Origin: a virus
Lineage: Duplodnaviria; Caudoviricetes
IMG/VR virus record: IMGVR_UViG_3300028025_000002
Location: 1-58,854 of that record
Strand: one strand, 5' to 3'
Length of the DNA: 58,854 nt
Shown here one piece after another: positions 26,247-35,159 of this stretch (position 1 is the first letter of the stretch; each line of letters starts with the position of its first letter). The position numbers were made by a program, and so were the translations under genes. The notes beneath the pieces are model-generated. The model worked only from the letters and a program-made list of their open reading frames with translations, was not told the DNA's origin and searched no databases.

Positions 26247-27884
26247 ATGGCGGATATTGCTCCTAAACTGATTCATCTAAGCGCTGAGAAACTACTCGCG
26301 CTTCATGAGAATGTCCATAAATCAGCGTCTCCAACCTCGGCTGAAATTGAGGTTCATCACACCATTCTCAATGAGATGGCTAGACGCAAGATGGAACGCC
26401 CAAAGGATGATTGGGATAAGTACGAGATTCTTATAGATTCAATCGACAATGTAGACCTAACTAGCCTTAACGGATTACCAGCCGAGACCATCCTTGATGT
26501 CATAAAAACAACAGGGGATACAACTGGCAATATCAAAACTTTCTTAACAGTTGATGGCTACCAAATGCGAGTAGAGGCTGTTGAAAAAAGAATTGCTCAA
26601 GAAGATGGTAAATGGATTGTTTACAATGAAGAAGGAACTAGAAGTTTTGGAAGTTATGATTCTAAAGAAGAGGCTGAAGAACGCTTAAAACAAATTGAGT
26701 TTTTCAAAGCCGAGGGAGATTACAAACCACCTAAGTCTGTTAGAGAAGCGGCGCAAAGAGCGATTGAATGGATTGAGGCTGGTCTTGCTGGAGATGGTTT
26801 TACTTCAGTCGGTAGAACTAGAGCAGGTCAGTTAGCCCGTGGAGAAAACATTAGCATTGAAACTTTGAAAAGAATGAAATCATTTTTTTCTCGACACAAA
26901 GTTGATGGACAAGCCCTTGGATTTAATCGTGGCGAAAAAGGATTCCCTAGCGCTGGTCGAGTGTCATGGGATGCTTGGGGTGGAGATGCTGGATTCGCAT
27001 GGGCAGAATCAATGGTGGAGAGATATGAAAATCAAGTCAAAAAACACGGAGACCACGACCAATCTGAACACGGAAGTTGGGCTACTGGAGGTAGCGGTGG
27101 AGAAGATAAAGGTTCTACTGGTCGTCCCTCTATGGCACCCGATAAAAAAGCATCCGCAGAAAGAAGCCCTGACGCAGTTAAACAAGCACAGAGAATTAGA
27201 AGAGATGCTGAAGCAGTTGAGCCAGTAGTTACATCTTTGATGGAGGGAATCGCTAAATCTATTGATGCTGATTTTGCCGAATTAGATGGCAAGAGTTCTC
27301 TTGTAAATAGATTAAAGTCCACAGATTCTCTCGCACGAAAAATTGACCAAGATGCAGAAAAGGATTACGGCGGAGATAGAGAAAAAGCGGCAAACGCACT
27401 TTCTGATGCTGTTCGCTACACACTCAATGTTGATGATAATAACTACACAGACGGCGTAGAAAAAGCGATTAAGTCTGTTGAAGAAACTGGTTGGAAAGTT
27501 GAATCAGTTAAAAACTTTTGGCAAGCAGGTGACCCTTATGACGGTACCAACATTAAAATTAGCAAAGACGGGGTAAAGGTTGAATTACAACTTCACACCC
27601 CAACATCTCATAAAGTTAAAGAAGTAGATTTACATGATGACTATGAGGTTTATCGAGTTTCCAAAGACAACACAGAGCGCAAAGCCCTGTGGGATTCGAT
27701 GGTCAATAAGGCTAAGGCAATCCCTAGACCAGCGAACATGGGCAAACTATTGACCCTTGGAACGCTAGTTACACAGACTTTTGAGACCGCACAGCAAGCA
27801 GGTTTGGTAAAATCAACGGGGGTTGATATAATGTGGACAATAACGAGAGGAGGTATAGCCGTATGCGGTATTTCGCAAAACTAG
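26247..27884 (+). CDS. Multidomain head-associated protein ending in an HDQ-tagged RelA/SpoT-like synthetase domain
   Basis: RLKS..SL.RK, DAVRYT, KNFW...YDG.N, VELQLHT; upstream small domains (RMKSFFSRH...WGGD). Confidence 0.82.
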   Translation: MADIAPKLIHLSAEKLLALHENVHKSASPTSAEIEVHHTILNEMARRKMERPKDDWDKYEILIDSIDNVDLTSLNGLPAETILDVIKTTGDTTGNIKTFLTVDGYQMRVEAVEKRIAQEDGKWIVYNEEGTRSFGSYDSKEEAEERLKQIEFFKAEGDYKPPKSVREAAQRAIEWIEAGLAGDGFTSVGRTRAGQLARGENISIETLKRMKSFFSRHKVDGQALGFNRGEKGFPSAGRVSWDAWGGDAGFAWAESMVERYENQVKKHGDHDQSEHGSWATGGSGGEDKGSTGRPSMAPDKKASAERSPDAVKQAQRIRRDAEAVEPVVTSLMEGIAKSIDADFAELDGKSSLVNRLKSTDSLARKIDQDAEKDYGGDREKAANALSDAVRYTLNVDDNNYTDGVEKAIKSVEETGWKVESVKNFWQAGDPYDGTNIKISKDGVKVELQLHTPTSHKVKEVDLHDDYEVYRVSKDNTERKALWDSMVNKAKAIPRPANMGKLLTLGTLVTQTFETAQQAGLVKSTGVDIMWTITRGGIAVCGISQN

Positions 27885-28594
27885 GCGCAAACAACGAAGC
27901 GATAAACATTTATCGTTTTGAGGTGGGCGAGACGACCATTACTGAGGACAGATGGGACATTCGAAGCAAGGCTTGGGTGGATAACCCTGATGCTGATGTA
28001 GTTCGCTATCTAACCCAAGGCGAAGGTGAATTCCAAGAAGTTACTGAGGATGTAGCCCGTCAAATTTTTCCTGATGTATTTAGTGAAAATGCTACAAAGG
28101 CTTTAGGTAAGTTTGACTTGCAAAAAGCAGAAGGTGAAAAGCGATACACGCTTGGAGCAATGTATATCCCTGATATGGAAGATGCTCACGGTGAGTGGAC
28201 AGATTCCGAAGAATTACAAAGAGCGGTTTGGGATTATGTAAGAAGTAATGACCGTCGTATCCGTTTACAACATAACCGTGATGTAGTTGCTGGAGAATGG
28301 GTTGAAGTTATGGCTTTCCCTTATTCATTAACAGTTCCAATCAAAACACCTAATGGTCAAGACTTAGAACATACATACCCACCCAACACAGTTTTCCTTG
28401 GAGTCATTTGGGAACCGTGGGCGTGGGAAATGGTCACCGAAGGAAAAATTCGTGGCTATTCAATCGGCGGAAAAGCAGAGCGTTTATTCGTTGATATAGA
28501 CTTAGAAAAGAATGACCCAACTGTGTCGGATGTACACATTGATACAATTATGTCCCCTTCAAAGAAAAAGCCAAAGAAAGAAGAGACTGTATGA
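27863..28594 (+). CDS. XkdF-like prohead protease with an extra N-terminal domain
   Basis: Y.PD.EDAHGE, LQH, W..V..G.I.GYSIGG.A; GAGGAGG RBS and internal TGaTATAAT promoter at about 27824-27832. Confidence 0.85.
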   Translation: MRYFAKLGANNEAINIYRFEVGETTITEDRWDIRSKAWVDNPDADVVRYLTQGEGEFQEVTEDVARQIFPDVFSENATKALGKFDLQKAEGEKRYTLGAMYIPDMEDAHGEWTDSEELQRAVWDYVRSNDRRIRLQHNRDVVAGEWVEVMAFPYSLTVPIKTPNGQDLEHTYPPNTVFLGVIWEPWAWEMVTEGKIRGYSIGGKAERLFVDIDLEKNDPTVSDVHIDTIMSPSKKKPKKEETV

Positions 28595-29025
28595 AAAAAG
28601 ACCTTAGAATGTTAGACGAATTACGCAAAGGACCTTTGGCTGGTATGGACGAGGACGAGTTCAAAATGATTGAAGCGGATGTCCGTAAGTTTGGCTTTAA
28701 GGGGCTTAGTGGCTACGCAAAATCTATGGTCATGGAGGCTATGCGCCGTTTAGGAACCACTATCAATAAAGCGGTTGAAGGAAAGTTAATTGAATTTAAT
28801 AAAAGCATTTCTGTTGGAGATAAAGTAAGTTGGAATTCTTCAGGAGGAAGTGCCGAAGGAAAAGTATTACGAATTGAACGCTCAGGAAAAATCAATGTTC
28901 CTGATTCATCATTCGAAATTGAAGGCACAGAAGATGACCCTGCGGCGTTAATTGTCCTTTATCGTGATGGTAAACCAACTGATACTAAAGTTGGGCATAA
29001 AGTTTCAACACTAAAAAAAAAGTAG
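28591..29025 (+). CDS. Protein with Hva1/DUF2945-like Tudor domain; ends in a slippery A-run
   Basis: VGDKVSWNSSGG...G.V...DDPA...VGHK.STL. Confidence 0.7.
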   Translation: MKKDLRMLDELRKGPLAGMDEDEFKMIEADVRKFGFKGLSGYAKSMVMEAMRRLGTTINKAVEGKLIEFNKSISVGDKVSWNSSGGSAEGKVLRIERSGKINVPDSSFEIEGTEDDPAALIVLYRDGKPTDTKVGHKVSTLKKK

Positions 29026-29234
29026 TTCTTGAGAAGCACGGGGACCATGACCAATCAAGTCATGGCGACTGGCGCAATGCCGATGATTCTGAAGGTGAAG
29101 ATTCATCAGAACCAAAAAACCCAAAACAAAATTTTGTTCCATACGATGATGACTCCGAAGGTGAGTTTGCAGATTTAGATTACGATGACCCAAAATGGAT
29201 GGACACAATGGATTACCCAAGAAAGAAGAAGTAA
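29013..29234 (+). CDS. -1 frame extension of 28591 carrying the sixth HDQ tag and an acidic tail
   Basis: KVVLEKHGDHDQSSHGDWRN...YPRKKK*; no start codon before the tag; its TAA overlaps the next ATG. Confidence 0.7.
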   Translation, partial: KKKVVLEKHGDHDQSSHGDWRNADDSEGEDSSEPKNPKQNFVPYDDDSEGEFADLDYDDPKWMDTMDYPRKKK

Positions 29235-29500
29235 TGCCAAGCGTTATTGATGACACGATGCAAGTTCTTAAATCTATTGGTATCGAGTCTTATCGAGTTT
29301 CAACCCCGCCTGGGTACGCTGGAATCCAAGTAAATCTACCTAATGATTCTCAAGCATTTTTTGTATGGACAAAGATAGACACAACTGATTATCACTTCAG
29401 ATTGGCTCGGTTTTGGGCTAACGAGAATCCATTTTCAATGTGGGTCTCCCCGAACTTAATTGAAGCCTTGGCAAAGACAAGGGTTTTAGCAAACCAATAA
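29234..29500 (+). CDS. Hypothetical protein
   Basis: MPSVIDDT start in a TAATG overlap. Confidence 0.65.
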   Translation: MPSVIDDTMQVLKSIGIESYRVSTPPGYAGIQVNLPNDSQAFFVWTKIDTTDYHFRLARFWANENPFSMWVSPNLIEALAKTRVLANQ

Positions 29501-29603
29501 AAGGCTTGAATTACACTTATGGTATTCTTCATCTGTCAAGACCCGAGGTTAGTTTTATTAGCCCTATGCTAAAAGACTACCCTCTAGTTTGTTAGGAGCA
29601 TAA

Positions 29604-30407
29604 ATGTCAAAACCCCGTACCCGTAAAATGGTGAATTTAGCCATCGAGGAAACGAGTGGAGTAGACCATCCAGCGCACTTACATGAAGGTTGGCTTGTTA
29701 TGAAGTCAGCATCCGAATCTGAAGTTCAGAGGGTTCTCGACAAATCGCTGACCGAGGAGGACTCCAATATGGAGGAAACAACTACCACGGCACCTGAAGA
29801 GCAGGTTGAAAAAACCGTTGAGGAAGAACTAGCGATGGCGCAAGCCCGTATCGCTGAACTCGAAGCCAAACTCGCCGACAAGGAAGAAAAGCCTGAATTG
29901 GAAGTTGAAATGGCGATGGGTCAAGACTCAAAGGAACCAAAGAAGGAAGAAGAGGACTACATGAAGTCCGCTCCTGCTCCAGTTGTCAAAATGATTGAGG
30001 ACTTGAGAAAGCAAGCAGAATCAGCAACCGCTGAACTTCGCAAAGAACGCGAAGCCCGTGCTGACGCTCAAGCCGTTGAAAAAGCAAAGGGTTGGGCTAA
30101 TCTCAATCTCAATGCTGAAAAAGTTGGACCAGCGCTTCGTCGCTTGTCCGAAACAGATTCAGAACTAGCAAAGAGCGTAGAAGAAATTCTTTCTTCAGTT
30201 AATGCTCAGGCTGAATCAGCATCTATTTTTGCAGAAATCGGCAAATCTGCGGACTTCAAATCAGGCAATGCTTATGAGCGTATGACTACGCTTGCTAAGT
30301 CTGCCGTTGATGAGGGTGTAGCAAAGTCTTTCGCTCAGGCGATGGCTGATGTTGCGTCAAAAAACCCTGACCTTTACAGCCAATACCTATCCGAGAAAGG
30401 TGCCTAA
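29604..30407 (+). CDS. Capsid scaffolding protein (putative)
   Basis: EETSGVDHPAH N-terminus, acidic coiled coil, position before decoration and capsid genes. Confidence 0.75.
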   Translation: MSKPRTRKMVNLAIEETSGVDHPAHLHEGWLVMKSASESEVQRVLDKSLTEEDSNMEETTTTAPEEQVEKTVEEELAMAQARIAELEAKLADKEEKPELEVEMAMGQDSKEPKKEEEDYMKSAPAPVVKMIEDLRKQAESATAELRKEREARADAQAVEKAKGWANLNLNAEKVGPALRRLSETDSELAKSVEEILSSVNAQAESASIFAEIGKSADFKSGNAYERMTTLAKSAVDEGVAKSFAQAMADVASKNPDLYSQYLSEKGA

Positions 30408-30410
30408 AAC

Positions 30411-30803
30411 ATGGCATACGAAATCTCTAACTACTCGGTAAAGGTCACCCTCGTTGCAGGTGCCGACCTTTCCAGTAAGCAGTACAACTTCGTCAAGTTG
30501 AATTCATCAGGAGAAGCAGTCGCTATTGCGGCTATTACTGATGTTCCAGTTGGCGTTTTACAAAATGCTCCAACTTCAGGACAAGAAGCAGAAGTTCTTG
30601 TTTCAGGTGGAACTAAATTAGTAGCAGGGGAAGCAATTACCCTTCCAGCGTTCTTGAGCGTTACCTCAGCAGGTAAGGCAGACAAGATTGCTGTAACCGA
30701 TACCACTCAATATGTTGTAGGTCAGGCACTTACAGCGGCAGGAGCCGATGCTGAAGTCATCACCGCCGTTGTTAATTGCTCAAACCCAACAAGAGCGAAC
30801 TAA
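30411..30803 (+). CDS. Head decoration/cement protein (DUF2190-like)
   Basis: AGADLS..Y.FVKL...GVLQNAP..GQ.A.V..G. Confidence 0.75.
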   Translation: MAYEISNYSVKVTLVAGADLSSKQYNFVKLNSSGEAVAIAAITDVPVGVLQNAPTSGQEAEVLVSGGTKLVAGEAITLPAFLSVTSAGKADKIAVTDTTQYVVGQALTAAGADAEVITAVVNCSNPTRAN

Positions 30804-30818
30804 GGGGGCTAATTAAAA

Positions 30819-31796
30819 ATGCCACAGCCAAATATCAATTCCGTCCATGTGGACGCAATTCTTACAAATATCTCGGTTGCTTACTTACAGAACCAAGATA
30901 ACTTTATCGCAGACAAGGTATTCCCAGTAATCCCTGTCGATAAGAAGAGCGATAAATACTTTACTTACACCAAGAACGATTGGTTCCGCGATGAGGCTCA
31001 ACGCCGTGCGCCTGGAACTGAATCTGCTGGTGGCGGTTACAATCTTTCAACTGGAACTTACTCAGCAGATGTTTGGGCGTTCCACAAAGATGTAGATGAC
31101 CAAACAGTTGCTAACGCAGACGCTCCTCTAAACCCTCTTCGTGAGGCAACAGAGTTCGTTACTCGCCGTTTGATGCTTCGTCGTGAACTACAATGGGTTT
31201 CAGATTTCTTTGGAACTGGTGTATGGGCTGACGATGTAACTGGCGTTGCTGGCGCACCATCTTCAGGACAGACAAAGCAATGGTCTGACTACACATCATC
31301 CGACCCAATCTCAGACATTGAGGCTGGAAAGGCTGAAATCTTGGGCAACACAGGAATGGAAGCAAACACTTTGGTTCTTGGATACGATGTATTCAAGTCA
31401 CTAAAGAATCACCCTGACCTTGTAGACCGCATCAAGTACACATCTTCACAGACAATCACAACCGATATGTTGGCCGCAATGTTCGACATTCCTCGCGTTA
31501 TGGTTGCAAAGGCAGTTAAGGCAACAAACGCTGAAGGTGCCGCAGAGGCATACGGATTCGCTCATGGTAAGAAGGCTCTTCTTTGCCATGTTGCTCCACA
31601 GCCTGGACTACTAACCCCTTCTGCTGGATACACATTCGCATGGACTGGTGTATCAGGCGGACTTGGCGCAACTATCGGAACTTCACAGTTCCGTATGGAA
31701 TCCATCAAGTCAGACCGAGTTGAAGCAGAAATGGCTTTTGATAACAAAGTTATTTCTTCTGACCTTGGCTACTTCTGGAACACAATCGTCGCTTAA
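30819..31796 (+). CDS. Major capsid protein
   Basis: HVD..LTNISVAY...FIADKVFP.IPV.K.SDKY; position; terminator follows. Confidence 0.9.
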   Translation: MPQPNINSVHVDAILTNISVAYLQNQDNFIADKVFPVIPVDKKSDKYFTYTKNDWFRDEAQRRAPGTESAGGGYNLSTGTYSADVWAFHKDVDDQTVANADAPLNPLREATEFVTRRLMLRRELQWVSDFFGTGVWADDVTGVAGAPSSGQTKQWSDYTSSDPISDIEAGKAEILGNTGMEANTLVLGYDVFKSLKNHPDLVDRIKYTSSQTITTDMLAAMFDIPRVMVAKAVKATNAEGAAEAYGFAHGKKALLCHVAPQPGLLTPSAGYTFAWTGVSGGLGATIGTSQFRMESIKSDRVEAEMAFDNKVISSDLGYFWNTIVA

Positions 31797-31806
31797 TTAG
31801 TTAAAC

Positions 31807-31849
31807 GAAGGGGGTGAGGCTTTTCATGGTCTCACTCCCTTCCTTTATT
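31807..31849 (+). terminator. Intrinsic terminator-like hairpin after the capsid gene
   Basis: gaagggggtgag...ctcactcccttc then a T-rich run. Confidence 0.65.
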
Positions 31850-31860
31850 TAGGAGAAAAA

Positions 31861-32205
31861 ATGGCATTAGTAAACAGACTTACAAAGGGTGAAGCGGCAG
31901 TCGGCGCTCTACAAATTGGCGACAACGACACCGTATACGGTATCGAGTTCGGCACGGTAGCAATCGACCCTGCTAACCTCAATGCAACAACTCGCGGTGC
32001 AACAACATTCACATTAACTGGTGCGGCTACAACTGACATCATTATTGTGAACCCACCATCAGACTTGAATGATGATTTGATTTTTGCTGGAGCGGCTGTC
32101 ACAGCGGCGGATACAGTAACTATCTATCTCTACAATCCAACAGCGGGAGCAATCAATCAGGCAGAAGCAACATTCTCATACTGCTGGATTGACACAACTG
32201 CGTAA
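31861..32205 (+). CDS. Virion structural protein (putative)
   Basis: Ala/Thr-rich beta protein after the capsid gene. Confidence 0.65.
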   Translation: MALVNRLTKGEAAVGALQIGDNDTVYGIEFGTVAIDPANLNATTRGATTFTLTGAATTDIIIVNPPSDLNDDLIFAGAAVTAADTVTIYLYNPTAGAINQAEATFSYCWIDTTA

Positions 32206-32206
32206 T

Positions 32207-32413
32207 ATGAAAGCACAAATTCTTAAATCAATGATTGTTGATGGTCGCAAACTTGTGGCTGGAGACATCGTAGAAGTAAAAGGTTGGCGCCATGCTAAGG
32301 CTTTGGTAAATAACCGCTACATCAAATTGATTGAAGAAGATGTAGTTGAAGAAAAGGTAGCAGAGGCTTCAAAGCCAAAGGCTACAAAGAAAACAAAAGA
32401 AGTCGCTGAATAG
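32207..32413 (+). CDS. Small hypothetical protein
   Basis: GDIVEV...A..LV...YI with a Lys/Glu tail. Confidence 0.6.
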   Translation: MKAQILKSMIVDGRKLVAGDIVEVKGWRHAKALVNNRYIKLIEEDVVEEKVAEASKPKATKKTKEVAE

Positions 32414-32416
32414 TGC

Positions 32417-32457
32417 AAAAGGGCGATTCGGTAAAATGAGTCGCCCTTTTCTTTCTT
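32417..32457 (+). terminator. Intrinsic terminator
   Basis: aaaagggcgattc/gagtcgccctttt followed by Ts. Confidence 0.75.
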
Positions 32458-32467
32458 AGGAGTTTAT

Positions 32468-32740
32468 ATGGCTGTATCACACGCAAGAGTTTCAGTAGGA
32501 ACTACCGCTACTAAACTTACTTCAGACTATGATGGCAAAGACGGTCAGACCATCAATGTTCAAAATCCCGCAGGTGGAGCAGATGTTTTTCTTGGTGGCG
32601 AAGGCGTCACTACGACAAGTTATGGATACCTGCTTAAGGCTGAAACAAGTTTTTCGGTAGAACTTCAAGACGATGAAAAACTTTACGCCGTAGTTGCATC
32701 ATCAACACAGACTGTAAATATACTTCGTCAAGGTGCCTAA
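32468..32740 (+). CDS. Virion structural protein (putative)
   Basis: Beta-rich protein, first gene of the fibre cassette. Confidence 0.6.
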   Translation: MAVSHARVSVGTTATKLTSDYDGKDGQTINVQNPAGGADVFLGGEGVTTTSYGYLLKAETSFSVELQDDEKLYAVVASSTQTVNILRQGA

Positions 32741-32743
32741 TAA

Positions 32744-33289
32744 ATGGCTCTTCCGACAACATTATCTACCTGTACGGTTGTTGGGACTTATGTAGATTTG
32801 AGCGGTAACCCTGTTCGTGGCTCAATCAATATCACCCCACAGACGATTCTAAAAGAGGTCACAGAGAATGTAATTATCATTCCTGTTGTAATCCAAAAAA
32901 CTTTTGATGCCACAGGTTCTTTTTCTGTTGTTTTACCAGTAACTAGCGATACAGATGTAACACCTCAACCTTTTATTTATACTTTTGAAGAAAATTTTAC
33001 AGGCGGACGCACAATCGAATTGGCTTTGCCTTTATCGGTAGCAGGAACAACTCAGAATCTAGCAGATTTATTGCCAGCGCTAGGTTCCGTAGAAGCGGCA
33101 TCTTATGTATCCGTAGACTCTTATCAGGCTTTATTAACCCGTTACAACGGCGCTGAAAGCATCCGTGTTCTAGTTGTAGACGCGGACGACAAAGCCGATG
33201 ATGCAGAAACTTACGCGAGCGATGCCTCTAAAGCGGCTGGTGCTTTAGAAAATTACAACACTAATCAATTGATGATGATGGGGGTCTAA
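32744..33289 (+). CDS. Structural/fibre-associated protein (paralog of 33488)
   Basis: G.Y...G....G...G.FSV.LP.T.D.DV.P.PF.YT.EE.F.GGRT. Confidence 0.65.
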   Translation: MALPTTLSTCTVVGTYVDLSGNPVRGSINITPQTILKEVTENVIIIPVVIQKTFDATGSFSVVLPVTSDTDVTPQPFIYTFEENFTGGRTIELALPLSVAGTTQNLADLLPALGSVEAASYVSVDSYQALLTRYNGAESIRVLVVDADDKADDAETYASDASKAAGALENYNTNQLMMMGV

Positions 33290-33290
33290 A

Positions 33291-33488
33291 ATGTCTGAAC
33301 CGTATGTACCCATTGCTCGATATAACACCGCTAATACTTTATTAACAGATTTAGAAGTTGCCACAACAGAGGCTTCAACTAATACTGGTTTATTATCAAC
33401 CGCGGTTAGTAATGCTTTAACATCTAAACAAACAGCAGAAAATCTTGTTGCTTCTCGTTTTGATTTATTCTTTTTGGTAGGTGCGTAA
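33291..33488 (+). CDS. Small structural protein (putative)
   Basis: Coupled ORF ending FFLVGA. Confidence 0.55.
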   Translation: MSEPYVPIARYNTANTLLTDLEVATTEASTNTGLLSTAVSNALTSKQTAENLVASRFDLFFLVGA

Positions 33489-34165
33489 TGGCACTAGCCC
33501 CATCATTAACCACAGTCACTCTTACTGGTAATTATGTAAATTATGAAGGTCAGGCTATCCAAGGACAGGTTCGATTTACTCTTGGAGAAGTTCTTCGTAA
33601 TGGAACAGATGACCAAATGGTTGCTCCATCTAGCATCGTAGTTCCTCTTAGCGCAGGTGCTTTTAGCGTCTCTCTACCCGCTACAAACGACCCTGATGTC
33701 ATTCCTAACCCTTTTGTCTATACCGTTGAAGAATCCTTTGCTGGAGGGCGTACATACACGATTTCGGTGCCTTATACGACCTCGGGTTCACTAGATTTAG
33801 CCGACCTAAGCCCTACCCCTACATTAACCGAAAACTTCGTACAGGCTATTGATGAAACAAGTTTTGCAAGCCTTGAAACTAACATCACCGCTTTAGATGC
33901 TTTAATCAATCAGACAACAGACAAGATTCTTGCTTCAGGAAAGTATTGGTATATCGGCAGTACCTACGCTACTTATACAGCGTTAGATACGGCTTATGCT
34001 ACATATACCGCATTAACCGCTGGTACTTACAGTTTGGATGGCGCAGATGTTTCTCCCTTCGTCACCTTGGCTCAAGCCTCAGCGTCGAGTGCATCATCAA
34101 GTGCAACAACAGCCACAAATAACGCGACTGGTACAATCAGTCCATTACTTCTAATCGGAGGATAA
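33488..34165 (+). CDS. Structural/fibre-associated protein (paralog of 32744)
   Basis: Shared N-terminal domain; TY.AL repeats. Confidence 0.65.
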   Translation: MALAPSLTTVTLTGNYVNYEGQAIQGQVRFTLGEVLRNGTDDQMVAPSSIVVPLSAGAFSVSLPATNDPDVIPNPFVYTVEESFAGGRTYTISVPYTTSGSLDLADLSPTPTLTENFVQAIDETSFASLETNITALDALINQTTDKILASGKYWYIGSTYATYTALDTAYATYTALTAGTYSLDGADVSPFVTLAQASASSASSSATTATNNATGTISPLLLIGG

Positions 34166-34169
34166 CCGT

Positions 34170-34499
34170 ATGGCAACAACTTACAAGGTATTGGGTCAAT
34201 CCAATCCCTCAGCCACGACTGCTACAACTCTGTATACCTGCCCTGCCTCAACACAAACGGTTATCTCAACCATCACAATTTGTAACCAAGCGGGAACTTC
34301 AGGAACATACAGAATTGCTGTTCGTCCAAATGGAGCGACACTTGCTCCTGAACACTATGTAGTTTATGACGCTACTATTCAAGCCAACACAACAGCGGCT
34401 TACACTCTAGGTCTCACCATTGATGCTTCAGATGTTGTAACTATCTACGCATCAGCAACAACTATGTCATTCAGCGCCTTTGGAAGCGAGATAGCATAA
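34170..34499 (+). CDS. Structural protein (YKVLGQ..P.ATT.TTLYT.P type)
   Basis: Jelly-roll-like pattern ending FGSEI. Confidence 0.7.
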   Translation: MATTYKVLGQSNPSATTATTLYTCPASTQTVISTITICNQAGTSGTYRIAVRPNGATLAPEHYVVYDATIQANTTAAYTLGLTIDASDVVTIYASATTMSFSAFGSEIA

Positions 34500-34500
34500 T

Positions 34501-35148
34501 ATGGCAATTACCACGAATGGTGGCGCTGGAGTCACCGCAGATGCAGTAGCAACACTTAGCAATAAGACCCTTGAAGCACCAGTAATTAACAACGCAACAT
34601 TTACAGGCGCTCAGGCTGGTCTTGAAATTAAGTTTGGTAATAACATTGTTCTTGAAGGAACAACAGCAGATGCTTTTGAAACAACTGTTACGGCTGGAGA
34701 CCCAACCGCTGACCGCACAATTACTTTGCCTGATGTGACTGGAACAGTTGTTACTACTGGCAATTTAACTGCTATCACAACTTTAACAAGCCCAACAATT
34801 ACTGGCGCAATTTTTAATGACGGCTCAGTAGTTTTTGAAGGTACTACTGCTGATGCTTTTGAAACAACACTAGCAATCACAGACCCAACAGCAGATAGAA
34901 CAATTACTTTTCCTGATTCAACAGGTACAGTTGCTTTAACTTCAGGAGTTATCAATAACTCTTTAACAACAACAACAGGCGACACAATTTACGCATCAAG
35001 CGCAAATACACCTGCTCGTCTCGCTATTGGTACAGCAGGACAAACTTTAACTGTATCGGCTGGCGGAGTTCCTGAATGGGCAACTCCAGCGGCAGGTACA
35101 ACCGCCAACGACCAAGCCTTCGCCTTCGCGGTGCAGGTATTCGCATAA
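34501..35148 (+). CDS. Fibre shaft protein
   Basis: Two EGTTADAFETT...DPTADRTIT.PD repeats; ARLAIG..GQ.L.V..G.P.W. Confidence 0.75.
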   Translation: MAITTNGGAGVTADAVATLSNKTLEAPVINNATFTGAQAGLEIKFGNNIVLEGTTADAFETTVTAGDPTADRTITLPDVTGTVVTTGNLTAITTLTSPTITGAIFNDGSVVFEGTTADAFETTLAITDPTADRTITFPDSTGTVALTSGVINNSLTTTTGDTIYASSANTPARLAIGTAGQTLTVSAGGVPEWATPAAGTTANDQAFAFAVQVFA

Positions 35149-35159
35149 GGAGAAAATAA

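Noticed and set aside
22729-29072. HDQ repeats as a CRISPR array or DGR template/variable repeats
   Set aside because: The copies are in-frame coding, vary at synonymous positions and are irregularly spaced; no cas or reverse transcriptase gene is visible.
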